A stretch of 36,096 nucleotides of DNA from Haliangiales bacterium (GCA_038321315.1 JBBQEX010000005.1:1-36096), one strand, 5' to 3'; positions 16,753 to 25,411 are shown, counted from the first letter of the stretch. Notes: generated from the letters alone by a model not told the origin. A program made the numbers and translations.

Positions 16753-18273
16753 TCAGTTGCGGCGGCGTCGTCGCAGCACGGCGAGGACGCCGAGCGTGCC
16801 GAGCCCGGACGCGACTCCACCGCCGGCGCCGGTCGCGCAGCCGCAGCCCTGGGGCTGACGGATCGCACCCGGGATCGCGACGACCTTGCTGTTCAGCGCC
16901 GAGCTGCCGGGCACGCCGCCCGCGAGCATCGTCCCGAGATCGACGCTGCCGCGCGGCGCGAACGCCGTGTTCGTCGCGACGCTCGCGTTGGCGATCTGCG
17001 AGCCGTTCGGGCCGCCCCAGCGACCGCGCGCCGGGCTCGCGCACGCGACCTCGCCGAGCCACGGATGCAGGATCACGTAGCGACCCTGGAAGTTGTTCGA
17101 GCCATCGCGGCCGACCTCGGTCGGCAGCGCACCCTGCGGGTCGGGGATCCCGCGCCCGCCGAAGATCGGTTCGACCGCGCGGAACACGAGGTCGTTGGTG
17201 ATCGACTTGCCGTAGCGCGCGTGCAGCCGCGTCAGCGTGTAGCTCGCGTTCGTCGCGTCCTTGTAGGTCGTGCCGATCACGTCGGCGCCGAGCGTCGCGA
17301 GATCGGCGGCATCGAGCGTCGGCCCCGGGCACGGATCGCAGCTGCCGCTGTCCCACGCGTACTCGGTGACGACCGCGCCGGGGACCTGCTCGACGGTGTG
17401 ATCGAACAGCGCGGCATAGAACTCGCCGAAGTGGGTGCGCACCTGATCGGTGACGCCGAGGTTCGTCGGGATCGTGACGTTCGGATAGTTCGCGACCTCG
17501 TAGCGCGTGTTCGGCGCGAGGATGTTCACGATCAGATCTTGCGTGCCCTTGCTGTTCGCGAGCCCGAGCCGGATCGGCAGCACGAAGTCGGGGCTGTCGT
17601 AGTGGAAGCGCAGCGGCGACAGCGTGACCATGCCGTTGACGAACTGGACCTTCTTCGGATCGACCTTGGCGACGAAGAACTTGGTGCCCTGCTCGATGTA
17701 CGGACGCAGCAGCGGCGCCGCGCCGGCGGGGATCTCGTACTTGTTGTCGTGGAGCCAGTGCTCGAGTCCGGTCGAGTCCTTCGCGGACAACACGACGATG
17801 TCGTACTCGCCGACCGAGAACTTCGCCTCGATCTTCACCTGGTACTTCTTGCGCGGCGCCGAGTCGCCGTCGTCGGAGGCCTCGTCGGCCTCCATGCGCA
17901 TCGCGCCGGGCACCAGATCCTCGCCGTCGTACTCGGGGCGACACGGATCCTGCTCCCAGTACTCGACGAGCCGCGGCGCGCCAAGCGTGTCGACCTTGCC
18001 GAACACCTCGCGCGGCAGCGTCTTCACCTGATTCTCGTGGACGACGACCGGCACCGGCACGACCAGCGCGAAGTGCTCCGGTGGGCCCTGGTAGTTGTTC
18101 TGCATCGACAGCACGGTGGTCGTGCCGTGCCGCATCATCACGACCTCGGTCGCGTTGTTGAACATCTCGGCCTTCGCGCCGCCGACGTAGAACCCGCAGA
18201 ACGCCTCGGCGCGCGGTGCGGCGAACATGCCGGCCGCGAACACCGCGGTGAGAGCCAAGGATCGTGGCTGCAT
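16753..18273 (-). CDS. Secreted DUF2330-like protein with a C-terminal MYXO-CTERM sorting domain
   Basis: Signal peptide MQPRSLALTAVFAAGMFAAPRAEA followed by FCGFYVGG. C-terminus …QGCGCATGAGGGVASGLGTLGVLAVLRRRRRN (GCGC, hydrophobic helix, poly-Arg). A GGGGGA Shine-Dalgarno lies upstream of the ATG at 18271-18273. Confidence 0.65.
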   Translation of the reverse strand: MQPRSLALTAVFAAGMFAAPRAEAFCGFYVGGAKAEMFNNATEVVMMRHGTTTVLSMQNNYQGPPEHFALVVPVPVVVHENQVKTLPREVFGKVDTLGAPRLVEYWEQDPCRPEYDGEDLVPGAMRMEADEASDDGDSAPRKKYQVKIEAKFSVGEYDIVVLSAKDSTGLEHWLHDNKYEIPAGAAPLLRPYIEQGTKFFVAKVDPKKVQFVNGMVTLSPLRFHYDSPDFVLPIRLGLANSKGTQDLIVNILAPNTRYEVANYPNVTIPTNLGVTDQVRTHFGEFYAALFDHTVEQVPGAVVTEYAWDSGSCDPCPGPTLDAADLATLGADVIGTTYKDATNASYTLTRLHARYGKSITNDLVFRAVEPIFGGRGIPDPQGALPTEVGRDGSNNFQGRYVILHPWLGEVACASPARGRWGGPNGSQIANASVATNTAFAPRGSVDLGTMLAGGVPGSSALNSKVVAIPGAIRQPQGCGCATGAGGGVASGLGTLGVLAVLRRRRRN

Positions 18274-18308
18274 ATTTGTCCCCCAACGCACGGTGCGCGC
18301 GGTTCGGT

Positions 18309-19313
18309 CTAGTTGAGGGGCCGGAACACGTAGAGCTGATCGGTCGGTTCGAACTTGAGCTGCTGCGCGCCACCCGGGATGTAGAGCTGCTCGCCAACGA
18401 CGACGCCCTGCGTACCGGCGCGCGCCATCGGGATATCGGGCAACGCGGCCCACGTATCGGTCGACGGCTCGTACTCCTCGACGACGTGGAGCGCGGCCTG
18501 GTTGGCCTCGCCGCCGGCACACAGCAGGTGGCCGCCGATCGGGCCGTACGCGCAGCCGCCACGCGGCGTCGGCATCGGCGCCTTGGCGACCCACGCGGTC
18601 GCGCCGGTCGCGAGCGACCACACGTCCCGCTGCGGCTGGCTGGCGTCGAGCGTCGCGAGCCCGCCGGCGACGATCAGCTCGCCGTCATCGGCGCGGCGCA
18701 TCGCGGCCGGGTGCGAGCGCGCGGCCGGGAGATCCGGCAGCATGCTCCAGGTGTCGGTCATCAGGTTGTAGTCGAGGCAGCTCGCCAGCGCGCTCGTGGT
18801 CGACGCGCCGCCGATCAAGAAGATGTGCGGCGGCGAGACGACGACGCCGGCGGCGCCGCGCTCCATGCCGGTCGGCAGCGGCGCGATCGGCAGCCAGGCG
18901 TCGCCGCCGACCTCGAGCTTGTACGCCGCGCCCTCGGCGGTGAACTCCTGACCCGACGTGCCGCCGAGCAGGTACAGCGTGCCGGCCGACGACGCGAGAT
19001 CGACGTGCGTCCACGCGACCGGCGCCGCGGGCAGGATCGACCAGCTCGCCGCGAGCGTGTCGTAGACGTCGACGCTCGTCGTGATGTGCAGGCCGGCCTC
19101 GAGCCCGGTGTCGAACCCGCCGAGCATCACGATGCGGGTGCCGAGCGCGGCGACGCCGGGTTCGAGCGCGGCGCGCGGCATCGTGATCGCGGTCCACGGC
19201 GCGCTCGGTGCGTCGACCGAGCCGGGGCTCGACGAACAGCCGACGACGACGACCAGAAACGTCAACCGCACGACGGCAGCGTATCCCAAAGTTAGATCGC
19301 GGTCCGGTGTCAT
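18309..19313 (-). CDS. Kelch-repeat beta-propeller lipoprotein
   Basis: Lipobox LTFLVVVVGCSSSP. Repeated GG-containing blades (LGGFD, LLGGTSG, FLIGGAS, VAGGLAT, LCAGGEA, YIPGG) typical of Kelch / galactose-oxidase propellers. The start may be the internal GTG near 19268. Confidence 0.6.
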   Translation of the reverse strand: MTPDRDLTLGYAAVVRLTFLVVVVGCSSSPGSVDAPSAPWTAITMPRAALEPGVAALGTRIVMLGGFDTGLEAGLHITTSVDVYDTLAASWSILPAAPVAWTHVDLASSAGTLYLLGGTSGQEFTAEGAAYKLEVGGDAWLPIAPLPTGMERGAAGVVVSPPHIFLIGGASTTSALASCLDYNLMTDTWSMLPDLPAARSHPAAMRRADDGELIVAGGLATLDASQPQRDVWSLATGATAWVAKAPMPTPRGGCAYGPIGGHLLCAGGEANQAALHVVEEYEPSTDTWAALPDIPMARAGTQGVVVGEQLYIPGGAQQLKFEPTDQLYVFRPLN

Positions 19314-19327
19314 GCGTTCTGGTAGGC

Positions 19328-19861
19328 GTGCGGACCCTCACGATCTGCGTCCTCCTCGCGACGCCCGCCGTCGCCGGGGCCGATGGCCTCCATCCCTACG
19401 CGCCGGTCTCGACCTCGCTGTCGGTCATGATCCGCGACGATCACGGCGGAGGCACCGAGACCACCTCGGCGGGCGCGACGCTCGAGCTCGCCGTCGGATC
19501 GGGCCGGTTCCAGTACTTCGCCGAAGGCACCAGCGCCTTTCTCCAGAGCACCGATTCCGGCAGCGAGATGCGCGGCGGGCTCGGCGTGCGCTGGCTCGCG
19601 CGCTCGTTCGAGATCGGTCGCGAAGGTGCGTTCGAGCTCGATCTCGAGGGCCTCACCGGGCTGACCCGGTTGCACCACGACGCCGGTGACACCCGGGTGT
19701 ATCCCGACGTCGGCTTCGGCGTCGGCTGGGCGGTGCGCATGCTCGATCCGCGCATCGTGTTCCGCGTCAGCGCGCGCGCGATGTTCGAGCAGACCCGGCG
19801 TGATGGTATGTCGGCGTCGAGCGTGCCCGGGTTCGTCGCCCTGTTCGGGTTCGGCTACTGA
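19328..19861 (+). CDS. Small secreted beta-rich hypothetical protein
   Basis: GTG start with signal peptide VRTLTICVLLATPAVAGA. Ends …FVALFGFGY. Its stop overlaps the next ATG as TGATG. Confidence 0.45.
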   Translation: MRTLTICVLLATPAVAGADGLHPYAPVSTSLSVMIRDDHGGGTETTSAGATLELAVGSGRFQYFAEGTSAFLQSTDSGSEMRGGLGVRWLARSFEIGREGAFELDLEGLTGLTRLHHDAGDTRVYPDVGFGVGWAVRMLDPRIVFRVSARAMFEQTRRDGMSASSVPGFVALFGFGY

Positions 19862-20421
19862 TGCGCGCGCTGATCGTCACCGTGGTCCTCCTCGTCGCGG
19901 GTCGCGCCCAGGCCGACGGGGTCGACCTCGTCGCCAAGCTCGGGTTTCGCGTCGGCTACGGCCCGATGTCGTTCGCGCACCGATCGGTGAGCGCGACGTC
20001 GATCGAGATCGGCGTCGAGCATCCGGTGTTCGGCAACACGCGCGTGTTCGGCGAGTGGGAGTGGATGTGGCTGTCGGAGCGCGATCCGGATCAGGCGATG
20101 GCGATCGGTCGCGAGCCGACGCACGGCAGCGGCCAGCGCGTCTCGGCCGGCCTGCGGCACGCGCTGATCGCGAAGTCGCACCACGAGATGGCCTGGTACC
20201 TCGACGGCGAGCTCGGCGGCGGCGCGATGCTCGCGAGCGAGGACACGCTCGGCACCCACGCGGTCCCGACCGGCATCGTCGGGATGCGGCTCGGGTTCGA
20301 CTTCAGGAACGGCGACTCGACGTCACGCGTGTTCGAGACCGAGATCCTCGTGCGCGCCCTCGTCACCCCGCGCGACGGCACCGGCCTCCTGGTCGGGGTC
20401 GGCATGCTGTGGGGCGACTGA
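19861..20421 (+). CDS. Small secreted beta-rich hypothetical protein
   Basis: Signal peptide MRALIVTVVLLVAGRAQA. Alternating hydrophobic pattern. Translationally coupled to the upstream gene. Confidence 0.5.
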   Translation: MRALIVTVVLLVAGRAQADGVDLVAKLGFRVGYGPMSFAHRSVSATSIEIGVEHPVFGNTRVFGEWEWMWLSERDPDQAMAIGREPTHGSGQRVSAGLRHALIAKSHHEMAWYLDGELGGGAMLASEDTLGTHAVPTGIVGMRLGFDFRNGDSTSRVFETEILVRALVTPRDGTGLLVGVGMLWGD

Positions 20422-20575
20422 TCGGGCGCTGCCGGCACTTTTCCATGACGCGACCTGGTCGCGTCGTTCGGGCGCTGCCGGCACTTTTCCATGACGCGAC
20501 CTGGTCGCGTCGTTCGGGCGCTGCCCTCACTTTTCCATGACGCGACCTGGTCGCGTCGTTCGGGCGCTGCCCTCA
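20422..20575. repeat. 46-bp direct tandem repeat, about 3.3 copies, each unit carrying a 9-bp-stem hairpin
   Basis: Unit cgggcgctgccggcacttttccatgacgcgacctggtcgcgtcgtt at 20422, 20468 and 20514 (third copy gccctcac instead of gccggcac) plus a partial copy. The inner gacgcgacc-t-ggtcgcgtc is a perfect inverted repeat. The array fills the whole gap between two convergent genes. Confidence 0.85.
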
Positions 20576-20580
20576 CGGAC

Positions 20581-21234
20581 CTACTTCAGCTGGAGCAGCT
20601 TGAACGCGTGGGTCCAGCTGCCGCCGCGCATGCCCGGGATGCACCACAGCATGCAGAGCGGCTCGATCGCGCGGGCGCTCTCGACCGCACCCATGTCGGC
20701 CGTGTCCCAGCCGATCTCGGCGAGGATCTCGGTCGCCTGCTTCTTCGCGCCGGCGTCGTTGCCGCAGATGAACATCGTCGGCTTGCTCGCGAACGGTGGG
20801 TCGATCATGAACGCGTTGCCGACGCACGAGAACGCCTTCACGAAGTGCGCGTCAGGGACCGCCTTCTGCAGCCGCTCCATCAGCGACTCGTTCGGCCCGG
20901 TGAAGTAGTGCAGCACGCCGTTGACCGGCGGCCGATCGGGATCGATCGGGTTCGTCGCGTCCATCACGAGCTTGCCGGCGAGGTTCGAATGCCCGGCCTC
21001 CTCGAGCGCGTTCTCGGCACCGCTGCCCTTGACCGCGAGCACGACCGCCTCGCCCCACGCCGCGGCTTCGGCGAACGTGCCGACCGACGCGTCGCCCTTG
21101 GCCTGCGACTTCCAGCGCTCGAGCTTGGCGGGCTCGCGCGAGCCGCGCATCACCGCGTAGCCGTGCTTCAAGAAGCCGTTGCCGAGGGTCTCGCCGACCT
21201 GTCCCGATCCGAGGATCGCGATCTTCTCTGTCAT
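20581..21234 (-). CDS. NAD(P)-binding oxidoreductase of the NADPH-dependent F420 reductase (Npd-like) family
   Basis: N-terminal Rossmann motif MTEKIAILGSGQVGETLG. Family-typical length of 217 aa. Start at Met98 of ORF 20581..21525, and the ATGA overlap with the upstream gene's stop supports it. Confidence 0.6.
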   Translation of the reverse strand: MTEKIAILGSGQVGETLGNGFLKHGYAVMRGSREPAKLERWKSQAKGDASVGTFAEAAAWGEAVVLAVKGSGAENALEEAGHSNLAGKLVMDATNPIDPDRPPVNGVLHYFTGPNESLMERLQKAVPDAHFVKAFSCVGNAFMIDPPFASKPTMFICGNDAGAKKQATEILAEIGWDTADMGAVESARAIEPLCMLWCIPGMRGGSWTHAFKLLQLK

Positions 21235-22094
21235 GACCGGACAGTCGCGCGCGCGACGCCGGTCTTCAAGTAGTACGACCAGTAGCCGATCGAACTCCCG
21301 TAGCGCCGCTCGATCGCGCGCACGTCGTAGTCGGCGCCGTACAGGGTCCGGGCCTGGTCCTCGAACAGCTTCATCGTCGGTAGCTCGTCCATCCGGCCGA
21401 GCCCGCGCAACAGGATCGCGCCCGCCGAGAACGGCCCGATGCCGTCGATCTCGAGCAGGGCGTCGCGCGCGTCGGCGTACGGCGCGTTGGTCAGGAAGTC
21501 CTCGCCGAGCGCGGCGACCCCGCACACGACCTTCGCGATCGACTGACCCTTGGGACCGTGGCCGATCGCCTTGCCGATCGCGTCGCCGTCGAGCTCGACG
21601 AGCTCGTCGAACTCGGGCATCGCGCGGAGCACCGTGCCGTCGGCGGTCAGCACCGGGCGACCGAAGCGCTCGACGAACTTCCGCTTCATCGCCGCGGCGC
21701 GGGTGATCGGGTTGCGCTGCATCATCACGCAGTAGACCGCGATCTCCTCGAGCGTCAGGAACCGCACGTGGTGGAGGCCGTGGAGCTCCGCGACGAGCGC
21801 CCGCATCGGCGGATCGCCGGCGGCCGTGGCGTAGAACCCGCCGAGATCCTCGTGGGCACCGATGAACTTCGCGGCGATCCGCGCGACCGACTCCGGCGCG
21901 CGCGGCGACAGCTCGAGCGTGACCTCGCGATCGCCGCGCAGCGTGAACCAGTGGCTGCCGCCCTCGCGCGCGACCGCGGCGGTCACCGAATCCGGGGTCA
22001 CGACATAGTCCCGGTTGATCGGGCAGAACCGCTGGATGAAGGTGATCGACTGGGCGAGGGAGAATGGCTGCCGGGTGGGGAGCGTGATCTTCAT
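21231..22094 (-). CDS. DNA-3-methyladenine glycosylase II (AlkA-like, HhH-GPD superfamily)
   Basis: Helix-hairpin-helix/GPD region LLEIDGIGPFSAGAILLRGLGRMD. AlkA-like N-terminal fold region. Start at MKITLP (22092-22094). Confidence 0.65.
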   Translation of the reverse strand: MKITLPTRQPFSLAQSITFIQRFCPINRDYVVTPDSVTAAVAREGGSHWFTLRGDREVTLELSPRAPESVARIAAKFIGAHEDLGGFYATAAGDPPMRALVAELHGLHHVRFLTLEEIAVYCVMMQRNPITRAAAMKRKFVERFGRPVLTADGTVLRAMPEFDELVELDGDAIGKAIGHGPKGQSIAKVVCGVAALGEDFLTNAPYADARDALLEIDGIGPFSAGAILLRGLGRMDELPTMKLFEDQARTLYGADYDVRAIERRYGSSIGYWSYYLKTGVARATVRS

Positions 22095-22160
22095 GTCCAC
22101 GGTGTTACGGCGGCCTTCTGTCAACCTTATGTCAGCTTATAGCCGCTACATTGGCCCCTG

Positions 22161-22913
22161 GTGAAGCGCTTCGGCTATCCAGCCCTGACCGGCCTCGTGA
22201 TCCTCGGGATCTGGTGGGGGCTGTCCGCGGCCGGCGCGTTCCCGGTCGGCACGGTGCCGACGCCGATCGAGGTCGCCAGGGCGTTCGGCGAGGAGCTCGC
22301 CTCGTTCCGGCTGCTCGAGGACACGATCGCGTCGCTCTACCGCGTGGCGTGGGGCTTCATCGTCGGCGTCGTGCTCGCGGTCCCGCTCGGGCTCGTGATC
22401 GGCCGCGCCGCCGGTCCGCGCGCCGCGCTGATGCCGTGGATCAACTTCTTCCGATCGCTGTCGCCGATCGCGTGGATCCCGTTCGCGATCATCTGGTTCG
22501 GCATCGGCGATCCGCCGGCGATCATGATCTTGTTCATCGCGACGTTCTTCCAGATCGTGCTGGCGACCGCGGCGGCCGCGGCGAGCGTCCCGAAGGTCTA
22601 CTACCGGGTCGCGCAGGACCTCGAGCTGTCGAAGGCCGACATCCTGTTTCGCATCACGCTGCCGGCGATCATGCCGCAGCTGGTGACCGCGCTCCGGGTC
22701 GCGATCGGGGTCGCGTGGATGGTCGACGTCGCCGCCGAGATGATGGCGGTCCGCAGCGGCCTCGGCTTCCTCATCATCGACTCGCGCAACGCGCTCCGCA
22801 TGGACCTCGTCGTGTGCGGCATGATCTCGATCGGCACGATCGGCATCCTGCTCGACATCGTGTTCGCCAGCCTCGTCAAGATCCCGAGCGTGCGCTGGGG
22901 GTTCGAGCGATGA
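22161..22913 (+). CDS. ABC transporter permease, NitT/TauT (SsuC/TauC-like) family
   Basis: Six hydrophobic spans. EAA-like loop region …ELSKADILFRITLPAIMPQLVTALRVAIGVAW. GTG start. Confidence 0.7.
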   Translation: MKRFGYPALTGLVILGIWWGLSAAGAFPVGTVPTPIEVARAFGEELASFRLLEDTIASLYRVAWGFIVGVVLAVPLGLVIGRAAGPRAALMPWINFFRSLSPIAWIPFAIIWFGIGDPPAIMILFIATFFQIVLATAAAAASVPKVYYRVAQDLELSKADILFRITLPAIMPQLVTALRVAIGVAWMVDVAAEMMAVRSGLGFLIIDSRNALRMDLVVCGMISIGTIGILLDIVFASLVKIPSVRWGFER

Positions 22914-23623
22914 CCGAAGCGATCCTCGAGCTCGACGGCGTCGGGTTCGACTACGGCGACAACGTCGTGATCGACAAGCTCGACCTGCGCGTCGAGAAGG
23001 GCGAGATCGTGACCTGCGTCGGCCCGTCGGGCGGCGGCAAGTCGACGCTGCTCAACCTGCTCGCCGGCCACCTGAAGCCGACGCGCGGCACGCTCGTGCG
23101 CCGCGGCCAGAGCCGCACGATCTACCAGGACGGCGGACTGTTCCCGTGGCTGAACGTGCACGACAACATCGCGCGGGGACTGCCAGCGAAGCGCGACGTC
23201 GCGAAGGACGCCACGACGGTCAAGGACTGGCTCGCGATCATGCGGCTCGACGACTTCGCCGCGCACTACCCGCACCAGCTGTCGGGCGGCATGCGCCAGC
23301 GCGTCGAGATCGCGCGCGCGCTCGCGGCCGAGACCGACATCCTGTTGATGGACGAGCCGTTCTCGGCGCTCGACTACCAGAGCCGCACGCGGATGCGACG
23401 CGAGCTCGCCGCGACGCTCGCCGAGCGGCCGCGGACCGTCGTGTTCGTGACCCACGACATCGAGGAGGCCGTGCAGCTCGGCGATCGCGTCGTCGTGCTC
23501 GGTGCCCGACCGGCGAACGTGCGCCGGATCCTCGAGCTGCCGCCCGGGCGCCCGCGCACGCCGGCATCGCCCGGCGTCGGCGAGGCCGAGCAGGCCATCA
23601 TGGAAGAGCTCGGTCTCCTGTGA
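22910..23623 (+). CDS. ABC transporter ATP-binding protein, NitT/TauT family
   Basis: Walker A GPSGGGKST, signature LSGGMRQRVEIARAL, Walker B ILLMDEPFSALD, H-loop VTHD. ATGA overlap with the permease stop. Confidence 0.85.
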   Translation: MTEAILELDGVGFDYGDNVVIDKLDLRVEKGEIVTCVGPSGGGKSTLLNLLAGHLKPTRGTLVRRGQSRTIYQDGGLFPWLNVHDNIARGLPAKRDVAKDATTVKDWLAIMRLDDFAAHYPHQLSGGMRQRVEIARALAAETDILLMDEPFSALDYQSRTRMRRELAATLAERPRTVVFVTHDIEEAVQLGDRVVVLGARPANVRRILELPPGRPRTPASPGVGEAEQAIMEELGLL

Positions 23624-24633
23624 ACGCCGCCAAGCTCGCGCTCGTCACCGCCGGCACGCTCGCCGCGCTGACCGTCCTGCACAAGCGTCCGTGGGAGGCC
23701 GGCGACGACGCGAATGCCGCGACGCTCGCGGTCGGCTACCTGCCGGTGACCTGTCACCTGACGTGCCCGGTCACCGACTTCGCGACCAAGCACTCGCAGA
23801 CCAGCACGCACTTCGAGTCGAAGCGATTCACCGATTGGCCGACCGTCGTCGAGGCGCTGAAGTCGCGCAGGATCGATGCGACGTTCATCCTCGCGCCGCT
23901 CGCGAAAACGCTGCGCGAGCAGCACGTGCCGGTGCACATCGTCTATCTCGGCCACCGCGACGGCTCGACGGTGATCGTGCCCAAGAGCTCGACGTACCAG
24001 ACGATCAAGGATCTCAAGGGCAAGGTGTTCGCGCGCCCGAGCAAGTACTCGAACCAGTACCTCGTGATCTTGAAGCTCATGGAGGACAACGGGATGCAGC
24101 CCGACGACATCAAGTTCGTCGACATGGCGCCGCCCGACATGCCGTCGGCGCTCGGGGCCGGCGCGATCGACGCGTACTTCGTCGGCGAGCCGTTCGCCGC
24201 CAAGGCCGAGCTCGCCGGCACCGGGCGCGTCCTGTACTACGCCAAGGACATCTGGCCGCACTTCATCTCGTGCGTGCTCGTCGTGCGCGACGAGCTGATC
24301 AAGGAGCATCCCGAGCAGGTCACCGATCTCGTGCGCGGCATCGCCGAGAGCGGCGAGTGGGCCGAGCGCCACCGGATGGATGCCGCGCGGCTCGCGGCGC
24401 CGTACTACCGCCAGGACCGCAAGCTGCTCGAGTACGTGCTGACCGAGCCGCCCGATCGCGTGAGCTATCGCCAGCTCACGCCGTCGGACGAGGACCTGAA
24501 CCAGATCATGAAGTACGCGATCAAGTCGGGGATCCTCCACGGGCCGATCGAGCTCGCGGACCTCGTCGATCGCCGGTTCATCCCGGCGCGCATCGAGCCC
24601 GCGCTGATCGAGCTCGATCCACCGACCAAGTAG
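23620..24633 (+). CDS. ABC transporter substrate-binding protein (NMT1/SsuA-like; aliphatic sulfonate / nitrate / taurine class)
   Basis: GTG start overlapping the ATPase stop (GTGA). Signal-like AAKLALVTAGTLAALTVL. Periplasmic binding-protein-like sequence. Confidence 0.6.
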   Translation: MNAAKLALVTAGTLAALTVLHKRPWEAGDDANAATLAVGYLPVTCHLTCPVTDFATKHSQTSTHFESKRFTDWPTVVEALKSRRIDATFILAPLAKTLREQHVPVHIVYLGHRDGSTVIVPKSSTYQTIKDLKGKVFARPSKYSNQYLVILKLMEDNGMQPDDIKFVDMAPPDMPSALGAGAIDAYFVGEPFAAKAELAGTGRVLYYAKDIWPHFISCVLVVRDELIKEHPEQVTDLVRGIAESGEWAERHRMDAARLAAPYYRQDRKLLEYVLTEPPDRVSYRQLTPSDEDLNQIMKYAIKSGILHGPIELADLVDRRFIPARIEPALIELDPPTK

Positions 24634-24640
24634 TCACGTC

Positions 24641-25354
24641 TCACGACTTGTCGATCGGTGGAAACGAGCCGCTGCTGAGCGACGGCAGACCGCCGGTCGC
24701 GGGCTTCGCGGGCGCGGGTGCGTCGGGAGCCGTCGACATCGGGAACGTGTTCTCCGGCAGCGGGCCCTCGAGCGCGGGTGGCATGGTCATGCCGAGGCGA
24801 TCGGCGAGCACGCGCCAGCCGTGGAACGCCCAGGCGCCGCCGTAGACGATGACCGCGGCGACGGAGAGCCGGCCGACCTCGCCGGAGCTGCCCTTGGCGA
24901 ACAGCGCCTGGAACGTCATCACGAGCGCGAGCAGCCCGATCGCACCGACGAACAACAGGTTGAGTCCGGCCATCAGGCGGCGCACGCCGGGAAACTCGCG
25001 CTGGTTGGTGCGCATGAGGAGGATGACGTGGGTGACCCAGATCGCGAGGCCGGGCACGAGCAACGCGAACCCGGCACGAAACATGTGGCTGCGGTCGTCG
25101 TCCTTGCTGACCAGCGACCACAGGACGATCGTGCCGCCGAGCAGCGCGATCTGGCAGCCGGCGGTCGCGAAGTAGCCGAGCGCGACCTTGACGCCGAGGT
25201 GAGGGTCGGCGACCGGCTCGCGATGCTGGCGCCAGCGCGCGAGGATGTAGAGCACGAACGGGAGTGTGAAGAAGATGTAGCCGGTCGCGCTCGACGCGAT
25301 CGACGGCAGCATGATCCGCGCGCCGAGGGAGTCGTCCGAGAACAGGCCGAGCAT
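24641..25354 (-). CDS. Hypothetical integral membrane protein (about 5-6 TM helices)
   Basis: Start MLGLFSDD at 25352-25354. Several hydrophobic helices. Pro/Ala-rich C-terminal tail. Upstream codons of ORF 24641..26962 are Arg-rich junk. Confidence 0.5.
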   Translation of the reverse strand: MLGLFSDDSLGARIMLPSIASSATGYIFFTLPFVLYILARWRQHREPVADPHLGVKVALGYFATAGCQIALLGGTIVLWSLVSKDDDRSHMFRAGFALLVPGLAIWVTHVILLMRTNQREFPGVRRLMAGLNLLFVGAIGLLALVMTFQALFAKGSSGEVGRLSVAAVIVYGGAWAFHGWRVLADRLGMTMPPALEGPLPENTFPMSTAPDAPAPAKPATGGLPSLSSGSFPPIDKS

Positions 25355-25411
25355 TGTCGGCACGATATACGAATCCCGGAACCGAACGGCCGGGACGTTG
25401 TCACGAGTCCG

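Noticed and set aside
16070-18562. 830-aa minus-strand ORF taken as one gene
   Set aside because: Only its last 222 codons (the histidine phosphatase, RHGES motif) look real. The upstream part overlaps the DUF2330 gene in another frame and is Arg-rich. I split it at the GTG at 16738.
20422-20575. Possible CRISPR array
   Set aside because: The repeats are directly adjacent with no unique spacers, there are only about 3 copies, and no cas genes lie nearby. It is a tandem repeat, not CRISPR.
20491-21273. ORFs starting MTRPGRVVRALP (20491..21273 and 20537..20908)
   Set aside because: Their starts are generated by the 46-bp tandem repeat, which is why the same peptide start recurs. The remainder is antisense to the NADP oxidoreductase gene.
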